The notes under the pieces are model-generated. The model saw only the letters and a list, made by a program, of their open reading frames with translations, did no database searches and was not told the origin of the DNA. A program made the translations under genes and the position numbers. Shown here one piece after another: positions 56,263-64,000 of a stretch of DNA of 64,000 nt; position 1 is the first letter of the stretch, and every line of letters starts with the position of its first letter. The DNA comes from Patescibacteria group bacterium. GTDB lineage: Bacteria; Patescibacteriota; Microgenomatia; UBA1400; PJMF01. The DNA lies in assembly GCA_039934415.1 (NCBI GenBank), contig JBDTME010000003.1, positions 11,821-75,820 of the forward strand, written 5' to 3'.

Positions 56263-56664
56263 TTACTTTAATTCAACGGTTGCACCTGCTTCTTCGAGGA
56301 CTTTCTTTGCTTTCTCAGCGTCTTCTTTCTTAGCGTTTTCTAAGACAGTTTGAGGAGCTTTCTCGACGAATGCTTTGGCTTCAGCGAGTCCGAGTTCTGG
56401 TTTCAGGGTTCGAACTGCTTTGATGGCACCAATTTTGTTGGATCCACCGGAAGTCATAACGACGTTGAACTCAGTTTTCTCTTCTACTGGGGCTGCAGCA
56501 CCTGCGGCTGGCATAGCACCCATCATCATTGGAGCAGCTGCGCTGACACCAAATTCATCTTCAAGAGCTTTAACGAGCTCTGAGACTTCGAGTAACGAGA
56601 GTTCTTTGACGCCGTCCACTAATTTTTGAACTTTAGCGGACAAAGTTTTTGCATCATCTGCCAT
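56263..56664 (-). CDS. rplL: 50S ribosomal protein L7/L12
   Basis: LVKALEDEFGVSAAA, EEKTEFNV, KIGAIKAVR, LGLAEAK, LEEAGATVELK. Confidence 0.98.
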   Translation of the reverse strand: MADDAKTLSAKVQKLVDGVKELSLLEVSELVKALEDEFGVSAAAPMMMGAMPAAGAAAPVEEKTEFNVVMTSGGSNKIGAIKAVRTLKPELGLAEAKAFVEKAPQTVLENAKKEDAEKAKKVLEEAGATVELK

Positions 56665-56781
56665 ATTGTCTCCTTTTTAGTTTCTAAATTTTAGATACTA
56701 AATAATTTATTAATTGATAATCCTTTTAAATTTACTTTGTTGAACAGTTCATCTCTCGATCTGAATGTTCAACTTAACTAA

Positions 56782-57306
56782 TTACTCAGTCTTTTTTGCA
56801 ATCGCACTTAAGGCATACACCAAGTTGCGTGGACCAGCTTGCAAGACGTTGACGAGGCCGTATGAAGGTCCTTGCAACCGATTGATCAACATACTGATCA
56901 ATTCTTGCTTACTTGGTAGCTTACTCAAGGTTTCTACTTCTGACTCGGTCAGCACTTTACCGTCCATGAATCCTTTTTTGACGGTCAGTTTGTCACTCGT
57001 TTTGTGAAACTCCATCAAGGCTTTGAGTGGAGTAATGGCATCCTCAAAAGCGAGGAGCAGTCCATTCATACCTGAAAAAGAGTCTTTGAGTTCTTCTTTC
57101 TTTCCAAAAGCGATGTGCATCAAGCTGTTTTTAGCGACGAAAAATTGGCCACCGGCAGTTTTCACTGTATCGAGTAAGGTAGTCTTTTCTTTAACGGTCA
57201 ATTTCGAGTAATCAACGATAATCGCTGATTTAGCTCTCTCGAGCTTCTCTTTGAGATCTTTGACGTCTACTTGTTTCTTTTTGGCTGGTTGAACGGCACC
57301 TGACAT
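56782..57306 (-). CDS. rplJ: 50S ribosomal protein L10
   Basis: VDYSKLTV, VAKNSL, LSKLPSKQEL; position between rplA and rplL. Confidence 0.95.
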   Translation of the reverse strand: MSGAVQPAKKKQVDVKDLKEKLERAKSAIIVDYSKLTVKEKTTLLDTVKTAGGQFFVAKNSLMHIAFGKKEELKDSFSGMNGLLLAFEDAITPLKALMEFHKTSDKLTVKKGFMDGKVLTESEVETLSKLPSKQELISMLINRLQGPSYGLVNVLQAGPRNLVYALSAIAKKTE

Positions 57307-57465
57307 AAATAGTTATGAGTTATTAGGTTTTATCCTAGACCTTACAACACATACTCCCTTTAAATTAATTTTTTTAGTCTTTTGAAATCCAAATTCTTGA
57401 GGGAAAAATGAAGAAGAGGGTAGTTACAAGTTCTTATGACTTATAACTTATCACTTACAACTTAA

Positions 57466-57510
57466 GTTTCCTCGGGGTGACCTCTGTTTTGTCTTACAAA
57501 ACCGCACCCT
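57466..57510 (-). promoter_or_regulatory. Possible L10 leader (autogenous control of rplJL)
   Basis: Minus strand GTAAGACAAAACAGAGGTCACCCCGAGG recalls the AGAC...CCGAGG core of L10 leaders; own TGTTATAAT -10 upstream. Confidence 0.4.
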
Positions 57511-57574
57511 GTCTTTGGATAAGCTGAAATTATAACAGGGATCTGTGCTGTTGCAAGTCCAGATGTGCAATTAT

Positions 57575-58345
57575 TTAAGCTTGTTTCTTTGGCACCATGA
57601 CTCTGACACTTGGACTCATACTTGCACAGATGTACAGTTTGACGGCTTTGGTATCAAAAGCGGTGAGTAAAGCTTGGATATTCTCAGCGAGCTCTTTTTC
57701 GGTCATGGACAGTTTTCCCACAACGGTATGAACCAATGGAGCTTTTTTCTCGGTTTTAAGTGTGACTGCACCTGCTTCGAGTTCTTTTTTGCGTTTTTCA
57801 GGGTTCGGTGTAATGGTGCCACTTTTAGGATTTGGCATCAGGCCTTTTGGTCCGAGAACGCGAGCGTACTTGGTCAAGTTCTTCATGTCTTCTGGTCGTG
57901 AGATCAAGATATCAAAATCTAAAATGCCTTTGGCAATCTTTTCTAACAGTTCTTCAGTCACGATTTCCGCTCTGACTGATTTTCCAGTGGAGTGAGGAAA
58001 AGTGAGAGTAGCGTTGACGCCTGCTTCTTTGAGCTCAAGATGTGCTTCCACGGTTCCGACGAACTTGGACAGTGACATTTTCTTGAGGAGTTCCACGGCT
58101 TCCGTCACTGAGTACTCTTTGGTCTTATCGACTAATGAACGTTTTTCTTGGTATTTCTTACCTCGAACGCGTGATTTTTTCTTGGCTTTTTTAGCTTCAG
58201 CTGGCGCTGAGCCATCTTCAGTAGAGATTTCTTCTTTTGAGTCACCTTTGGCTGCTTTTTGATCAGCTGCTCTCAAAGCATCGAGCTCTTTGAACATGTC
58301 ATCTGGATTTATTCGTGGTTTTCGTTCGGTTGTTTTTTTTGCCAT
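57575..58345 (-). CDS. rplA: 50S ribosomal protein L1, with N-terminal extension and shortened domain II
   Basis: KFVGTVE, PHSTGK, ARVLGPKGLMPNPKSGT, HTVVGK, ELAENI. Confidence 0.93.
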   Translation of the reverse strand: MAKKTTERKPRINPDDMFKELDALRAADQKAAKGDSKEEISTEDGSAPAEAKKAKKKSRVRGKKYQEKRSLVDKTKEYSVTEAVELLKKMSLSKFVGTVEAHLELKEAGVNATLTFPHSTGKSVRAEIVTEELLEKIAKGILDFDILISRPEDMKNLTKYARVLGPKGLMPNPKSGTITPNPEKRKKELEAGAVTLKTEKKAPLVHTVVGKLSMTEKELAENIQALLTAFDTKAVKLYICASMSPSVRVMVPKKQA

Positions 58346-58380
58346 ATGTTTTTCGAAGTATTATTCAATTATTGAACATT

Positions 58381-58803
58381 TCATGCGATCTCGACTCCCA
58401 TACTTCGAGCTGAGCCCATGACTGAGCGCTTGGCAGCTTCGAAATCTTTAGTATTTAAATCAGGGAGTTTTTGGGTAGCAATTTCTTCAACTTGTTGCAT
58501 CGTCAATTTTCCGACGACCTTTTTGCCAGCTTCGGCGGAACCTTCCTTGAGTTTCAAGGCCTGTTTGATCATGGCAGAAACTGGAGGCAGTTTTAAAATG
58601 AAAACGTATGAACGATCTTCGTAAATGGTGATCTCAGCAGGGATAATTTGTCCACGCTGATCTTTAGTTTTGTCGTTGTACTCCTTGATAAACTGCATCA
58701 TGTTGATACCAGTTTGACCGAGGATAGGACCGACTGGAGGTGCAGGAGTAGCGGTTCCAGCAGGCAGATTTAACTTGAGAATTGTTTTGACTTTTTTTGC
58801 CAT
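58381..58803 (-). CDS. rplK: 50S ribosomal protein L11
   Basis: PAGTATPAPPVGPILGQ, DLN, GSARSMG. Confidence 0.98.
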   Translation of the reverse strand: MAKKVKTILKLNLPAGTATPAPPVGPILGQTGINMMQFIKEYNDKTKDQRGQIIPAEITIYEDRSYVFILKLPPVSAMIKQALKLKEGSAEAGKKVVGKLTMQQVEEIATQKLPDLNTKDFEAAKRSVMGSARSMGVEIA

Positions 58804-58850
58804 ACATTGAGCTGAACTGAATCAGTGTTGATAGTTGAAAACAACTTGTG

Positions 58851-58917
58851 GCGAAAAAGACTTGAGGAAAACTACTTTCAGAAGTAAAGTAGTTAAGATA
58901 AAGAAGTCAGGTTTCGC
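58851..58917 (-). promoter_or_regulatory. Long hairpin in the rplK-rplA leader (candidate L1-regulated structure)
   Basis: GCGAAA/TTTCGC, GACTT/AAGTC and AACTACTTT/AAAGTAGTT nested stems. Confidence 0.45.
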
Positions 58918-59014
58918 AACGAATTGCTCCCTCTTTTTTTAGACTCTTGAGGTGAAGAGAAGCGTTAGTATACAAAAGAAAAGGCACAAAAGCAAGTAAT
59001 TGTAGCTACGGCCT

Positions 59015-59239
59015 TCATTTAGGAGTCTGGGTTGTGGCCAAAATGAGTTGGTATCCCACATAAAGTAGTGCGCACAGACTTAGATAGAAAAAAGCAAAGG
59101 ACACTCCATTTGAGTTGTCATTGAAATTGTCTGAGAAAAACCAAAGTCCCACGAAAAATGTGATGACACCTATAATGACCGCTGTTTGTAAAGCGGTCAG
59201 GTTTTGGAAAAAGACTTGAATTAAGATAAAAGTGTCCAT
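59015..59239 (-). CDS. Small two-TM hypothetical protein
   Basis: 74-aa ORF with two hydrophobic helices; AGGA upstream. Confidence 0.55.
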   Translation of the reverse strand: MDTFILIQVFFQNLTALQTAVIIGVITFFVGLWFFSDNFNDNSNGVSFAFFYLSLCALLYVGYQLILATTQTPK

Positions 59240-59398
59240 AGAATAATCCTACCGTTGCTGTAATCGAAAAACAAGAACTATATTTCCTCTAAATTCTATT
59301 TAAACGAGAAGTGGGGGTGAAGAAAATTTTTGATTGAAGAGTCTAAGGAGTTGTTCGACTCGGTCAGGCTCCTGACAATCGCTTGATCGTCGCGAACT

Positions 59399-59432
59399 AA
59401 AAATTTCGATTTAAGAGTCTATCGAAATTTTT
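59399..59432 (-). terminator. Terminator-like hairpin after nusG
   Basis: AAAAATTTCGAT-TTAAGAGTCT-ATCGAAATTTTT. Confidence 0.55.
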
Positions 59433-60060
59433 ATACTTTTTCGACTTGTAAGAAATCGAGTTCGACTGGGGTTTCTCGACCAAAGATCGAAACCAACACA
59501 GTGACTTTACCTTTTTCTTCATCAATACCATTGACTGTACCCAAGAAGTCGGTGAATGGACCATCCACGATCTTGACTGCTTGATCGATGCTAAAGTCAG
59601 CTTTGTACTGAGGTGCACCTTGAGTCATGTATTTTTGAATCGATTTCACTTCATGTTGAGGGAGAGGAGTTGGTTTACTACCAATTCCAACGAAACCCGT
59701 GACGCCTTGAGTTGTACGAACGGCTAACCAAGATGAGTCAGTCAAAATGATTTTAACGAGCATGTAGCCTGGAAAGATCTTTTCCTTGATTGTTTTGCGT
59801 TGACCACGTTTAATTTGAATTTTTTCTTGAGTAGGAACTAAAATTTCTAAAATCTGATCAGTCAGATGGAGTGTTTGAGCACGTTGCTTGAGCGTTTCAG
59901 CCACTTTGTTCTCATGACCTGAGTAGGTGTGAACGATGTACCAGCGAGCTTTTGAGTTCTCGGATTGAGCGATCACGATGTGATTCGCAGTCGATGAGAT
60001 AACCTCTTGGTTCTCTGGAGGTGTTATCTGGTCTGTTGTATCTGGCTGAATATCATTCAT
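59431..60060 (-). CDS. nusG: Transcription termination/antitermination factor NusG
   Basis: WYIVHTYSGHENKV, FPGY, GVTGFVG, DGPF, SIFGRETPVELDFLQV. Confidence 0.98.
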   Translation of the reverse strand: MNDIQPDTTDQITPPENQEVISSTANHIVIAQSENSKARWYIVHTYSGHENKVAETLKQRAQTLHLTDQILEILVPTQEKIQIKRGQRKTIKEKIFPGYMLVKIILTDSSWLAVRTTQGVTGFVGIGSKPTPLPQHEVKSIQKYMTQGAPQYKADFSIDQAVKIVDGPFTDFLGTVNGIDEEKGKVTVLVSIFGRETPVELDFLQVEKV

Positions 60061-60069
60061 AGCATCCTT

Positions 60070-60258
60070 CTACTTGATGATCAATTGACTGAGTTTAGTA
60101 AAGACGAAATCGAGCGCTCCGATATAAAGACCGACTGCAACGCTTGATGCAATGACCAATCCTGTTTTTTGGAGGGTCTGCTTCTGAGTTGGCCAGGTTA
60201 CTTTGGCGAGCTCTTCCCGAACTTCTTTGGTGTATTTGATTGGATTAAACATGACCAC
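60070..60258 (-). CDS. secE: Preprotein translocase subunit SecE
   Basis: EELAKVTWPT, single TM, upstream of nusG. Confidence 0.95.
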   Translation of the reverse strand: MVMFNPIKYTKEVREELAKVTWPTQKQTLQKTGLVIASSVAVGLYIGALDFVFTKLSQLIIK

Positions 60259-60385
60259 GATTTCAATTTCTAATTTCTTTATTTTAAAAAATGTACAAGC
60301 CGTCCAATTATCACAAAATCAACTCAGGTTCGATAGTATAACATATCGAGGAGACTTGAAGGAAGAGCGAGAAAGTCTCTGAACT

Positions 60386-61921
60386 CTACCCATTTCCGCC
60401 GGAAGTTTTTTCTCGCAAACCATCAGAGTATGGGGAAGTGGTTGTGCCGCCAGTGCCAGTCATTGGGGTAGGAGGTAAGTCGTCATCATCGTGTTTCTTC
60501 CTGAGGAACAATGGTAAAAGCCAGAGTAAGAAGAAGACGACGCTGATTGCAACAGCAACGAGCAGGAGCCCTTTGAGCCAACTTTGAATTGTTTGTATCA
60601 TCGTAAACTCATCAGACTGTGGCTCTGGAGTCACTTCTGGGATTGGCTGAAAAGTCGGGGAAGGAGTATGCGTTGGTAATGGGTTTGGGTCAACGAAGAC
60701 TTGACTAAACGCTGTATTATCACCACCTTTAGGCAATTCAGTAGGCAGTGGTGTTGATGTGACGATTACTGTGTTTGTTTTGGTGACGACGGTTGTATTA
60801 TTCGCGACCGCGACGGGCGCAGCACAGTATTGATCAGTAGCATTGCGTGGGTTGCGGCAGCGATTGTAGTAGCAAGTGAGTCCGGTTTGACATTCACGGT
60901 TGTCGGCACAATAGTCATTGCAGACTCTGTGGATGCCATTATCTGGAGGATTGTTACAAGAAGTATCAGTTGGGTTATTTGCTAGCCGACAGACTCCTGA
61001 GTAGCAGAGCAAGTTCACAGCACAGTCTGAATGATTCGTACAAGATTCGCCACAGTACTTCGCAGTAACACCACCCACGCCAGCGTCATAGGGTGTGCTG
61101 GTGGCAAGTGGAGTATTGGTTGGGGTAAGAGTTGGTGTAGCAGTTGACGTTGTATTCGCAACGCAACTACATTGTTGGCAAATCGCAGTACCTGTTTGAT
61201 TCACACAATTGATATGTTCGTTTGCTTGACATAAGGGAGCAGTGGGCATGGCGCAGATTGTTGGAGCAGGAGTCAAAGTGTTGGTTGGTGTGCCACTTTC
61301 CGCGAGGATAGCGTTAAAGGTTTGACTTCCAATGGTAGTGAGACTGTCCAAATTCAAAGTGTCTTCTGGAGGAACTGTGTTTGTGATATTAGACAGGGAA
61401 CTTGTAGTATCAAAAGCAAGTTTAATCAGAGCAGAGTCAACAACCGTGAACTTGACGCGTGCGAAGTCGACCGGAGTGTTAGAAGAAAAAGGTGTACTAA
61501 TGGAAGGACCGGTTGCTGCAAACGAAACGGTCGTGCTCCCATCGTTATTTGTCGTAATATTAGGAGTGCCAAAGATGATAACTCCAGAGTTTGGTACCGC
61601 TTCGACTGACACAAACGTAACTGGTTGAATATTTGCGTCACCGAATATATTGAAAGTCAGTTGGATCCCGTCAACGTTTACTCCGTTTGTATTTGCACTG
61701 AGAATAATTTGGCCACTGCTTCCGTTTGCAACGAATGGACTGGGAGATTGTCGAGCGGTGATCGCAACTTGACCGTTAGAAACTGAAGCTTTTTGTCTAT
61801 TTTCTTGTTCGATCTGGCTAAGTTGAACTGCAACAAAGGTTCCGACTAACAATAGTACAAGCACAGCGCCAATCAAAAGGAGTTGTACATTATCACGTAT
61901 AGGCTTGGGAAGTTTTTGCAC
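60386..61921 (-). CDS. Doubly membrane-anchored surface protein: cohesin-like domain, Cys-rich repeats, P/T linkers
   Basis: N-terminal TM + QENRQKA; VDGIQLTF..FARVKF..LAFD; two C-xxx-C-xxxxx-C-xxxx-C-xxxx-CR units; LPKGG; C-terminal TM. Confidence 0.65.
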   Translation of the reverse strand: MQKLPKPIRDNVQLLLIGAVLVLLLVGTFVAVQLSQIEQENRQKASVSNGQVAITARQSPSPFVANGSSGQIILSANTNGVNVDGIQLTFNIFGDANIQPVTFVSVEAVPNSGVIIFGTPNITTNNDGSTTVSFAATGPSISTPFSSNTPVDFARVKFTVVDSALIKLAFDTTSSLSNITNTVPPEDTLNLDSLTTIGSQTFNAILAESGTPTNTLTPAPTICAMPTAPLCQANEHINCVNQTGTAICQQCSCVANTTSTATPTLTPTNTPLATSTPYDAGVGGVTAKYCGESCTNHSDCAVNLLCYSGVCRLANNPTDTSCNNPPDNGIHRVCNDYCADNRECQTGLTCYYNRCRNPRNATDQYCAAPVAVANNTTVVTKTNTVIVTSTPLPTELPKGGDNTAFSQVFVDPNPLPTHTPSPTFQPIPEVTPEPQSDEFTMIQTIQSWLKGLLLVAVAISVVFFLLWLLPLFLRKKHDDDDLPPTPMTGTGGTTTSPYSDGLREKTSGGNG

Positions 61922-62033
61922 AGTTTAGCCATTATGAGCAATAAAGAAAGGGCATGCAAGAGCTAGGCGCAATTTGTTAAAATGCAAAGGGTCTAGTATA
62001 GTAACGTCGTTAGATTCAATTGAGGAGTTAACC

Positions 62034-62921
62034 ATGTCTACAGACATCGCTGCTAAAAAAGTACGAAAAGCCATAATTACTGACGCTGGTTTTGCTAGTC
62101 GCTATCTGCCAATTACCAAAACTGTCCCCAAAGCGATGCTGCCACTCGGCAACCGCCCGATCATGCAGTTCATTGTGGAAGAGTGTGCCGAAGCTGGTAT
62201 TGAAGAGATCATTATTGTGTGTACTCCAGAAGGCAAACCGATTTACGAAGATTACTTTAATAATAGTGTCAATCGCATTCGTAAACAGCTTCAAGTTCAG
62301 GGAAAAGAGGACCGTTATGAACCAGTTCAGCATGTTTTAGATTTTCCTAAAATTGTCGTGATTACTCAAGATCCTAGTTTGCCATATGGCAATGGTTCTC
62401 CAGTCGCGTCTGCTCGAGATTATGTAGAAGGTGAAGAAGCATTTTTGGTGCTCTACAGTGATGATGTCGTATTTGGTAAACCAGGCGATGCCAAGACAAT
62501 GATTGAAGTCTATGAAAAAGATCCAAGAGTGGAAGGTATCATCATGGCCCAAGAGGTAGATCCAGGAGTCGTGGATAAATACGGTATCATTAGTTTTGTG
62601 CCTGGTACCGAAAACAGACTAGATAACATTGTCGAGAAACCAGAAATTGGTAAAGCACCTTCTCATTTAGCGTCGTATGGTCGCTATTTACTCAAACCAT
62701 CAATTTTCGAATTTCTGACGCCCACGAATTTAGGGAAGGATGCCGAGTTATGGACCGTTGATGCCATCACTCAAATCGCTCGAACCAAGCCAGTCTTAGT
62801 AGAAAAAACCAAAGCCATGTGGATGACCACCGGTGATCCAGAAAACTACTTCATGGCACATCTCAAGTTTGTACTCGAGAATGAAAAATACGGCAAAAAA
62901 ATCAAAGAGCTGATGAAATAG
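62034..62921 (+). CDS. galU: UTP--glucose-1-phosphate uridylyltransferase family protein
   Basis: VRKAII.DAGFASRYLPITKTVPKAMLP, YGII, IVEKP, GRYLL; start at ATG after GAGGAG. Confidence 0.85.
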   Translation: MSTDIAAKKVRKAIITDAGFASRYLPITKTVPKAMLPLGNRPIMQFIVEECAEAGIEEIIIVCTPEGKPIYEDYFNNSVNRIRKQLQVQGKEDRYEPVQHVLDFPKIVVITQDPSLPYGNGSPVASARDYVEGEEAFLVLYSDDVVFGKPGDAKTMIEVYEKDPRVEGIIMAQEVDPGVVDKYGIISFVPGTENRLDNIVEKPEIGKAPSHLASYGRYLLKPSIFEFLTPTNLGKDAELWTVDAITQIARTKPVLVEKTKAMWMTTGDPENYFMAHLKFVLENEKYGKKIKELMK

Positions 62922-62984
62922 TTGGTTTTTTTCTGACGCTTGTCTTCAGTTTTCTTTCAGAAATCTTGTGTTAAACTTATTCTT

Positions 62985-63139
62985 ATCTGACAGACATTGA
63001 GAAAAGTGATCAGGGGATTTTTCCTCGATACATTTTCTCTCAGGGAGGATTTTGTTCTAAGCGCCTGCGGGTGTTTAGACATGCCACCCACCTGAATTTC
63101 AGGGGGAGATGCCTGGTTAACGACTCGTGTCTGTTGGAT
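62985..63139 (+). ncRNA. ssrS: 6S RNA (probable)
   Basis: Long imperfect hairpin ATCTGACAGACA/TGTCTGTTGGAT, GATCAGG/CCTGGTT with central bubble; ACATTTT..GGGAG and CACCCACCTG motifs as in Firmicutes 6S; TGTTAAACT -10; terminator follows. Confidence 0.75.
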
Positions 63140-63147
63140 GTCAAAGT

Positions 63148-63172
63148 ACCCCGCCGTTGGCGGGGTTTTTTG
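63148..63172 (+). terminator. Intrinsic terminator after 6S RNA
   Basis: ACCCCGCC-GTT-GGCGGGGT-TTTTT. Confidence 0.9.
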
Positions 63173-63249
63173 TTAATATTAGGATAGTGTTTGATACTTG
63201 AGAAGCAATTGCTTAAACGACAACAGATCTGACATACATTTTTAAATCT

Positions 63250-63327
63250 CACTGTAAAACTGGCCTAATTTTAGCCTAAATCTTAGTCCTAACTTAGGCT
63301 ATTCTTAGTACTTTTTAACAGTGAGCG
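63250..63327. repeat. ~80-bp element with five phased direct repeats, copy 2
   Basis: CACTGTAAAA; cores at 63261 (TGG), 63272, 63284, 63295, 63306; ends TTTTAACAGTGAGCG. Confidence 0.75.
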
Positions 63328-63448
63328 TGAAGTAGAGAGGTGATTTTTATGTTTATTTGGCAATGAGAGGGGAGGATGGTAGAATTCAAGCTTGGTGGAG
63401 CGGTGGATCAGTAGCCGAAAGCTTAACCAATAGAAATTTGATTTTTTT

Positions 63449-63521
63449 GCCCTTGTAGCTCACTTGGTAGAGCGCATTCTTGGTAAGAATGAGGTATCGG
63501 GTTCGAATCCCGACGAGGGCT
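63449..63521 (+). tRNA. tRNA-Thr(GGT)
   Basis: GCCCTTG/CGAGGGC acceptor, CATTC-TTGGTAA-GAATG anticodon arm, GGTTCGAATCC. Confidence 0.96.
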
Positions 63522-63843
63522 CAGTTATTTTAATCTTTTCCTCAAACCATTTTTTGATTAAGTTCAGTGTATTTCGATTGAGAGTCAGAAAATTAGTTCG
63601 GCTTATTTTCTGACGACTAATAATCTTACTTTCTTCTAGAATTTTTACGTGTTTGTGTAAGGCTGGTAAGGAAAGTTCGAGTAGTTCAGCAAGTCCAGTT
63701 ATAGAGTAGGCTTGGAAGCTCAATAAGTAGATGATATCTTGTCGATGCTGACTGGCGAGCGCCGCAAACACTTTTTCCAACTTTGAGTCGACTATTTTTT
63801 CTTTTTTTGGGATAAAACGTTTTTTTGTATACCTTTTCTTCAT
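63460..63843 (-). CDS. ArsR/SmtB family regulator; 3' end overlaps tRNA-Thr antisense
   Basis: VFAALASQHRQDII, SLPALHKHVKILEE, RQKISR. Confidence 0.85.
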   Translation of the reverse strand: MKKRYTKKRFIPKKEKIVDSKLEKVFAALASQHRQDIIYLLSFQAYSITGLAELLELSLPALHKHVKILEESKIISRQKISRTNFLTLNRNTLNLIKKWFEEKIKITEPSSGFEPDTSFLPRMRSTK

Positions 63844-63847
63844 CGAG

Positions 63848-63871
63848 ATACTTAACTTATAAGTTAAGTAT
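63848..63871. promoter_or_regulatory. Perfect 24-bp palindrome, probable ArsR operator 1
   Basis: ATACTTAACTTATAAGTTAAGTAT, 4 bp from the start codon. Confidence 0.75.
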
Positions 63872-63967
63872 TAATTTATACCTAAACCCATCAATTTAAC
63901 AGCTTATTTATAGAGTAGATCTGGAAATTTAACTCATAATTCAACAAAAATCAATCACAATCCATCC

Positions 63968-63997
63968 AAAATAGTTAACTAAAAAGTTAACTATTTT
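63968..63997. promoter_or_regulatory. 13-4-13 inverted repeat, probable ArsR operator 2
   Basis: AAAATAGTTAACT-AAAA-AGTTAACTATTTT; shares TTAACT-N4-AGTTAA with operator 1. Confidence 0.7.
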
Positions 63998-64000
63998 AAA

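Noticed and set aside
63040-63252. 70-aa minus-strand ORF (likewise ORFs 37052-37240 and 37621-37830)
   Set aside because: These overlap structured RNA genes antisense (6S RNA, tRNA-Pro, tRNA-Arg)

Overview
Bacterial chromosomal window, most likely a Patescibacteria (CPR) genome of the Microgenomates type. This is inferred from gene content: no rpoB after rplL, a CPR-type TraD/HerA-like ATPase, a sortase, comEA-comEC, a PaaX-like regulator, and tRNAs without encoded CCA. 1-26 kb is a surface-protein region. It holds a beta-helix/dockerin protein, a 5x LamG protein, a 3084-aa fibre protein whose cytoplasmic N-terminus looks like a tyrosine-recombinase core-binding domain, and a WxL/DUF916-like (pilin/chaperone-like) operon. 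26-47 kb holds a degenerate LAGLIDADG protein, leuS, comEA/comEC, an M16 peptidase, ndk, two tRNAs, an RHH-MNT/HEPN toxin-antitoxin pair, the sortase and glycosyltransferases. 48-52 kb is an accessory island. 52-64 kb holds an mreB paralogue, secE-nusG-rplKAJL, galU, 6S RNA, tRNA-Thr and an ArsR regulator. The most notable non-obvious signals are: (1) the recombinase-domain-tethered giant fibre; (2) an 81-nt covarying double-hairpin element present once intergenically and once in-frame inside leuS; (3) a Leu4 leader-peptide attenuator before leuS; (4) two homologous covarying structured 5' leaders on two SH3-like island genes; (5) an identical 19-bp pho-box-like site at identical spacing before comEA and an orphan gene; (6) two copies of an ~11-bp-period repeat array, one beside a BldC-like gene. 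No CRISPR array, rRNA or intact transposase was seen. All family calls are by eye; no searches were run.
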